From: Hormiphora californensis
Lineage: Eukaryota; Animalia; Ctenophora
Direction: 5' to 3'
NCBI GenBank assembly: GCA_020137815.1
Contig: CM035353.1
Location: 2,294,001 to 2,358,000 of the forward strand
DNA length: 64,000 nt
The notes below the pieces were generated by a model that did no database searches, had not been told where the DNA came from, and saw only the letters and a list, made by a program, of their open reading frames with translations. Positions 35,051-64,000 of the stretch are shown one piece after another. Every line of letters starts with the position of its first letter. The first letter of the stretch is position 1. Position numbers and translations under genes: made by a program.

Positions 35051-37986
35051 ATGCCAGGAGTTTTTGTCCATCCGCGGAGACTACCTGGAAACTTGAGGTG
35101 GTACGAGACATGGTGGACGACGAGACCACTCCTGTGGCTTTCCTGGGCATAACGGAAACCTGGTGGAGAGGGTATATGGCGGAGGCCCAGCTGAAGATTT
35201 CTGGATATAACCTGGTGAGATGCGATAGGCAGGGCAGGATAGGAGGAGGATGTGCCCTGTATGTCCACTCTAGCCTCGCTATATCAGATCAAGTGGAGTA
35301 TTCGGACACAAGTAACAACCTGGCAGCCGTCTATATGGGCAACACCCACTCAATAGTGGCAGTTATATATCGAGCTGGTACAGATGCAACAGCTTTTCAG
35401 AGACTGGTGAAAAAACTGCAGACGTTTATTGATACTCATAGCTGGGAAAAAACAGTTCCGGACCTGTGGTTGATGGGTGATTTTAATCTCCCACTCCTGA
35501 AATGGAGAGGAGGGTTGCATGAAACTATTGACCATCCCTTGTACAATATTATGGGTAACTTGGTAGACGATAATTCTCTCAGCCAAATGGTCAATTTTCC
35601 TACCAGAGGAGAGAACGTCTTAGATCTGGTGCTAACCAACCGTCCCGATTATGTCCTTTCAACTAGGGGTGAGGACCTCGGGATTTCTGATCATGAGATG
35701 GTTACATGTACCCTGACCTACAATTGCACGGCGAAGCCTCCCATGGACGATCGTGTTATGTCAGACTTTGCGGAACTTAATCTTTTAAAAGCTGACTTTG
35801 ATAGGCTAAACTCTGTCTTTGACGAGGTGGAATGGGATCAGCTTCAACTACTGTGTACAGAAATGGAAGACCCCGATAGTAGCTTCTTAGAGGTAGTGAG
35901 ACTTACGGTCCTCCAGGTCTGTAAGATCTTCACTGAGCTGAAACGTTGGAAAAGTAAACGGAAGGACAAAACACTCCGGCACCTTCGTAGCAGGAGAAGA
36001 AAGTTGAACAAGAGAATGGTAAACGCAAAAGGCACGACGAAGCTGAAAATTGAGGAGTTGGCCGGGAAAATAACGCTCGCCATCAAAGCTCATGTTAAAG
36101 AAAAGGAGCAGGGGGATGAAGAACGAGCTGCTTCCGCAGTCAAAGTGAACCCTAAATTCTTCTACAGTCATGCTAAATCTCTATCCAAGGTCAAATCTGC
36201 GGTGGCTCCACTCGAGAGGCAGGATGGTTCGCTTACTACGAACTCGAAGGAGAAAGCAGAACTCCTACAGAGTCAGTATGTTAGGGTGTTTAGCAACCCA
36301 CTGGACGTGGACCCTGAAAAGGCAGTGGAGAACATTGAGGAAAAGGAAGCGGAAATAACTGACATCAGCTTCACGAAGGCGGACATTGAACAGGCACTAA
36401 AGGAACTGAAACCGAATTCAGCGGCCCCTCCTGGTGACATACCGTCCATAGTCTTGAAGAACTGCCGTCGAACCTTGTCCTATCCCATCTGGATTATATG
36501 GCAGTCCTCGTTTGAATCTGGTACAATACCACCCGTTATGAAGGAGCAGTTCATCTGCCCCATTTTCAAGAAAGGTGATCGTTCAGCACCAGGGAACTAT
36601 AGACCAGTATCACTGACGTCTCATCTTTCGAAAACCTTTGAGAGAATTATCAGGAATCATCTGACTGAGTTCCTAGAGAGGGCAGAACTACATTGTAACG
36701 GACAACATGGGTTCAGGAAAGGGAGAAGTACAATGACTCATCTGCTCGCACACATTGACAGGGTTCTCAAACATCTAACGGATAACAACGAAGTTGATGT
36801 GCTATATCTGGACTTCCAGAAAGCGTTTGACCGGGTTGATACTGGGGTCCTACTGAGAAAACTACAAAAATATGGTGTACGAGGAAAGCTACTTGCCTGG
36901 ATCAAGGAATTCCTAACAAATAGGAAGCAAGCAGTGCTAGTGGATGGGGAGCAGTCGCGGTGGGAGTGGGTCCTAAGTAGTGTGATCCAGGGAAGTGTGC
37001 TGGGCCCTATTTTGTTCATCTTTTACGTAATCGACTTGAAGGAGTCTTTGTCAAGTGCTGACGCTTTGTCGTTTGCAGACGACACGAAGCTCATACAGGT
37101 AATACGAACATTGCTAGACCAGGCAGAACTCCAGAAGGACTTGGGAAATGTGAGTCAGTGGTCTCTGACTAATAATATGAGACTTCACGAGGAAAAATTT
37201 CAACTGGTAAACTACTCGCTAGGCAGATCTAAACTCCTGAGAGAGCTGCCTTTCACTGCAGAAACCTTATCCTATATTACTTCGGGAGGAACTGTGGTGG
37301 AGCCAGAGCAGCATGTGAAAGATTTGGGCGTTTGGCTATCGGCGGATGGTACGTGGACTCATCACATTGGTGATATTGTGAGGAGAGCTAACATGATGGC
37401 AGGATGGATATTCTGTGCATTCAGGAGTAGATCCCGTGAGGTACTGCTAACCCTATATAAGGCGTTGGTTCGACCCATTTTGGAATACTGCTGTTTGGTG
37501 TGGTATCCAACGAGAATCGCTGACATCCAGGCAGTAGAGAACGTCCAACGGGCATTTACCCGGAAAATCCAAGGGATGAAGGAGCTGGACTATTGGCAGC
37601 GTCTAGAGGCGCTGGATCTCATGTCCCTCCAGAGAAGACGTCAACGATATGAGCTGATACACGTTTGGAAAATCTATCACGGGCTAGTACCCAACTGTGT
37701 GCAAATGGAGTTCCAGATTGGCCGGTTGGGAGTCCAGGCAAAGACACAGAAATACCCTTACTGGGCAGATTCCAAATGGGCAGGTCAGTTGTACAACTCT
37801 TTCAGCTTCAGGGCACCTCAACTATGGAACAGACTCCCTCGAGAGGTTACTCTTTCAGGAACACTTCCTGGGTTAAAGGCTAACTTGGGTGCATTCATGA
37901 AGCAATTCCATGACAGACCACCGGTGCGTGGCTACACGACGGTCCCAAATGATTTCAGAGAGGCAGGAAGAAAGAACTTTGTGTGA
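35002..37986 (+). CDS. LINE ORF2, APE endonuclease plus reverse transcriptase
   Basis: NARS, GITETW, MGDFN, LDLVL, SDH; NYRPVSLTS, QHGFRKGRS, LDFQKAFD, QGSVLGP, FADD, DLGV. Confidence 0.95.
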   Translation: MGNSRNTPHTSKFHLLNARSFCPSAETTWKLEVVRDMVDDETTPVAFLGITETWWRGYMAEAQLKISGYNLVRCDRQGRIGGGCALYVHSSLAISDQVEYSDTSNNLAAVYMGNTHSIVAVIYRAGTDATAFQRLVKKLQTFIDTHSWEKTVPDLWLMGDFNLPLLKWRGGLHETIDHPLYNIMGNLVDDNSLSQMVNFPTRGENVLDLVLTNRPDYVLSTRGEDLGISDHEMVTCTLTYNCTAKPPMDDRVMSDFAELNLLKADFDRLNSVFDEVEWDQLQLLCTEMEDPDSSFLEVVRLTVLQVCKIFTELKRWKSKRKDKTLRHLRSRRRKLNKRMVNAKGTTKLKIEELAGKITLAIKAHVKEKEQGDEERAASAVKVNPKFFYSHAKSLSKVKSAVAPLERQDGSLTTNSKEKAELLQSQYVRVFSNPLDVDPEKAVENIEEKEAEITDISFTKADIEQALKELKPNSAAPPGDIPSIVLKNCRRTLSYPIWIIWQSSFESGTIPPVMKEQFICPIFKKGDRSAPGNYRPVSLTSHLSKTFERIIRNHLTEFLERAELHCNGQHGFRKGRSTMTHLLAHIDRVLKHLTDNNEVDVLYLDFQKAFDRVDTGVLLRKLQKYGVRGKLLAWIKEFLTNRKQAVLVDGEQSRWEWVLSSVIQGSVLGPILFIFYVIDLKESLSSADALSFADDTKLIQVIRTLLDQAELQKDLGNVSQWSLTNNMRLHEEKFQLVNYSLGRSKLLRELPFTAETLSYITSGGTVVEPEQHVKDLGVWLSADGTWTHHIGDIVRRANMMAGWIFCAFRSRSREVLLTLYKALVRPILEYCCLVWYPTRIADIQAVENVQRAFTRKIQGMKELDYWQRLEALDLMSLQRRRQRYELIHVWKIYHGLVPNCVQMEFQIGRLGVQAKTQKYPYWADSKWAGQLYNSFSFRAPQLWNRLPREVTLSGTLPGLKANLGAFMKQFHDRPPVRGYTTVPNDFREAGRKNFV

Positions 37987-38144
37987 GGCTGTAAATGTTG
38001 TTTTGCTGCTCATGCTGTTTATGTTTTTATGTTAAGTAAGGGACTGTAAATAAACAATTTGACAAGGAGGACCCACGCGATGGGAATTTCATCACGTTTT
38101 ATGTATTGTGTAAAAATATAATTGAACTTGAACTTGAACTTGAA

Positions 38145-39250
38145 AATTCACAAAGAGAATCCAGGATATGTGCAAATTAAGCTATTGGGACCGAAACTAG
38201 GCATCCTCTCGCTTCAACGAAGGCGAGAACGCGACTTAGTCAGGACCACTATTGGTGCGCGGTCGTGCCCACGGAAGGAGTGCTTGGATCATCTTGAAAC
38301 CGGTTTTAAGTTCACTAATGCATGCCCAAAAGTGTATGTAGCCATTTGGGTGATGTTCTGACAATCCAATCACGAGTTATGACCGAAAGACAGTCAAAAA
38401 AGACGTTTTAAAGTGACAAAAAGGAGGATCTGAACACAGCCCTTATATGAAGGGCTGGGGCTTTGAAACTTCTTGTGTGGACAGAGAATCGTCCAAATTT
38501 GCAGTGTCAACTTTCAGATAGTTTCTATCTTTTGTAGTTATCTAATTAGAGTCGTTTAAACATGTGAGACAACCTATATGACCCTACAAAACAGGGTGAT
38601 TAGGTACTGCTTCCGTCTCATATTGCTTGCTCTCACCGCTTGTATGCTTTAATCCGCTCTCTAATTGGGCAAATCTCGTCAAGTGATCACTTCACAAGCA
38701 TTATTATAGGGCCCTTTAGCAACTTCTCACATGTTTAAACGACTCTAATTAGATAACTACAAAAGATAGAAACTATCTGAAAGTTGACACTGCAAATTTG
38801 GACGATTCTCTGTCCACACAAGAAGTTTCAAAGCCCCAGCCTTTCATATAAGGGCTGTGTTCAGATCCTCCTTTTTGTCACTTTAAAACGTCTTTTTTGA
38901 CTGTTTTTCGGTCATAACTCGTGATTGGATTGTCAGAACATCACCCAAATGGCTACATACACTTTTGGGCATGCATTAGTGAACTTAAAATCGGTTTCAA
39001 GATGATCCAAGCACTCCTTCCGTGGGCACGACCGCGCACCAATAGTGGTCCTGACTATACTCCATCATCATGGTCCGGAAAATGGCCAACGGCGAAACAC
39101 CAAACATTATCGGGATCTGCTTTTACCAAAATGATCGTCTCGGAATACAAGCGGAGGTGCCAACGTATCCCACTAGCACACAATCGTCGGTGGCCACGAA
39201 ATTCCAAAACTCCTTCCCGACTATGGAACACTCTCCCAAGTGATGTGAAC
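38145..39250 (+). pseudogene. Old LINE 3' fragment split by a foldback element
   Basis: LSLQRRRER (to ~38232) resumes as YSIIMVRKMANG..RLWNTLPS at 39058-39250. Confidence 0.7.
38237..39057. mobile_element. ~820-bp foldback element
   Basis: TAGTCAGGACCACTATTGG / CCAATAGTGGTCCTGACTA with arms of ~330 bp. A piece of the end recurs at ~42578-42636. Confidence 0.85.
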
Positions 39251-39554
39251 TCACTGCGTTTTTGTGCGTCACATCACAATATGTTAACGTGTGGTGTGCG
39301 CGTCAAAATTGATAAACTTCACATGCACGGTCATTTGGGGGTGACAACTTCAAAAAATCAGACTTTACAAGATTTACAAGATCCTTGGCTTAGTGGTAAA
39401 ACGTTCATCTTTCATGCGGACGACGTGAGTTTGAACCTGGTCATCTGCAGAAATATTTAATTTTAGTGCAGGGTACTTTTTTGGCAGCACACACTTGTAA
39501 ACAGGCCACCAACCACCCATATCGTAACGGCGCCCTTCTCTTCTTTCATACTGA

Positions 39555-39588
39555 CAAACTTTTCAACACTACTACAAATTAATTCGAG
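39555..39588 (+). other. Second, shorter spliced-leader-like relic
   Basis: CAAACTTTTCAACACTACTACAAATTAATTCGAG. Confidence 0.6.
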
Positions 39589-39659
39589 TTTCTGAATGAA
39601 GCCTCAAGGCCTCCAATGCGATTCTATATTGGATATATGGAGGCCCTCCATATCCAATA

Positions 39660-40992
39660 GAGGCACTGTTAGGAATGGCCGACACTAACAATTTTTTTGT
39701 TAGTGTTTTTTGTTAGTGACGTCACTAACAAAAAATTTGTTAGTGTTTTCACTAACAAAAAACACTAACAAAAAATTGTTAGTGTTTTCACTAACAATTT
39801 TCACTAACAAAAATTTTGTTAGTGTTTCTAATTGGGGTGATATATGGTTATGAGATACGATTCAGGGACGCCTTATTGGCAGTGTGAGACGATACGGGTT
39901 ATGGAACATGATTCGGTGAAGCTTATTAGGATGGTTAGGCGACATGAGACACGATTCGGGGAAGGTTTTCTTCGTTTTTCGAGTAACGATACATGGAAAA
40001 TGAAGATATTTGTGAGTAGACAAGAAATACACCAATTTCAAGAGAACAAAACTAAAAACACAAATCAAATAACTTGTCCACATTTAGTTGCTCTGTCCAA
40101 CAATTGGAGTACAATACGAACCGATTACCCCACCATATGATCCTATCACCCTGCCACACGAACCAATTACCACACCATATGATCCGGTTATCAAACAGAC
40201 CGATTACCACTGCACTTGAGGTATCACGTATCGGCATGAGGTACACCGAATCGTGAGCAGTATCCCGTATCGGTTGATGTTGTAAGAGGTTCCGCTGCTA
40301 ATGAGGCACACCGAATCGTGAGCAGTATCCCGTATCGGGGCTCAGTGCTCACGATTCGGTGTACCTCATTAGCGGCAGAACCGCTTACAATGTGAACTGA
40401 TACGACGGTATCCCAGTATATCGCTCCTACTTGATAATGAGGAAGTGAACTTACAAGAGAGTTTACAGGCCCATTGGACGACTCTTCCCCGACACCATAC
40501 ACAATCGGATGAACGAACCTGCCACAAAATCCGACAACCTGGCAATATCTCAAATGGAGAGCCTTTCAACAGAGCAACTAAATGTGGACAAGTTATTTGA
40601 TTTGTGGTTTTAGTTTTATTCTCTTGAAATTGGTGTATTTCTTGTCTACTCACAAATATCTTCATTTTCCATGTATCGTTACTGGAAAAACGAAGAAAAC
40701 CTTCCCCGAATCGTGTCTCATGTCGCCTAACCATCCGAATCATGTTCCATAACCCGTATCGTCTCACACTGCCAATAAGGCGTCCCTGAATCGTATCTCA
40801 TAACCATATATCACCCCAATTAGAAACACTAACAAAATTTTTGTTAGTGAAAATTGTTAGTGAAAACACTAACAAAATTTTTGTTAGTGAAAATTGTTAG
40901 TGAAAACACTAACAAATTTTTTGTTAGTGACGTCACTAACAAAAAACACTAACAAAAAAATTGTTAGTGTCGGCCATTCCTAACAGTGCCCC
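39660..40992. mobile_element. 1.3-kb long-TIR element, possibly Sola2-like
   Basis: G(A/G)GGCACTGTTAGG termini, 4-bp TSD AATA, CACTAACAAAA subterminal repeats. Confidence 0.75.
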
Positions 40993-41130
40993 AATATATT
41001 ATAATCTATTAAAATCCGCACTTTATTTCAACGTGTTTTAGCCGTCATGTAGAGCTACTGGTCGCACTGGTTCCTGCTGCAAGTGTGAATTATGAAGATA
41101 TTGATAATGTTATAGACAACCCCCGCTCTC

Positions 41131-63871
<22,741 letters not shown>

Positions 63872-63891
63872 GTGATTGTGCATGTGATTAC

Positions 63892-64000
63892 CAGGAACCG
63901 ACCGAATCAGGAAATACTGGTCCCTGATTGGCTGATATTAACCAGTCACGAGACCTAAATAACGAGTTCTGATTGGTTGTTTACTTGTTTCGATCGGTTC
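63892..64000. mobile_element. 109-bp hAT-type MITE, cut by the window end
   Basis: Same family as 42949-43057. Confidence 0.85.

Larger units (their letters stand above)
33684..38144 (+). mobile_element. Full-length, apparently intact CR1/L2-group LINE
   Basis: Two uninterrupted ORFs, short 3' UTR, (TTGAAC)n tail at ~38122-38144. No TSD found. Confidence 0.92.

Overview
Eukaryotic, intron-rich, repeat-dense DNA, most likely from a ctenophore. That inference rests on a sequence matching the ctenophore spliced leader as I recall it, nested intronic genes, and LDLa-type GPCRs. Reconstructed genes: the tail of an F-type lectin; a KIAA1143-like gene in two copies (tandem duplication or uncollapsed haplotypes); a 2-RRM CELF/Bruno; NOP2; a DeSI/PPPDE isopeptidase probably fused to a PUL-like tail; and the 5' part of BLTP3/UHRF1BP1. 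Five cell-surface or secreted genes sit inside introns of NOP2, DeSI and BLTP3. Mobile DNA includes an intact CR1/L2-group LINE, Penelope-like elements with hammerhead cores, hAT and Tc1/pogo MITEs, and many foldback palindromes. Best leads: (1) a Transib-like element whose ends resemble a 12/22-spaced V(D)J RSS pair, with a 5-bp TSD; (2) a full-length LINE that starts with a spliced-leader exon and has an in-frame -1 slippery site between ORF1 and ORF2; (3) introns in five unrelated genes containing tandem copies of their own splice junctions. All calls are by eye; no database search was run.
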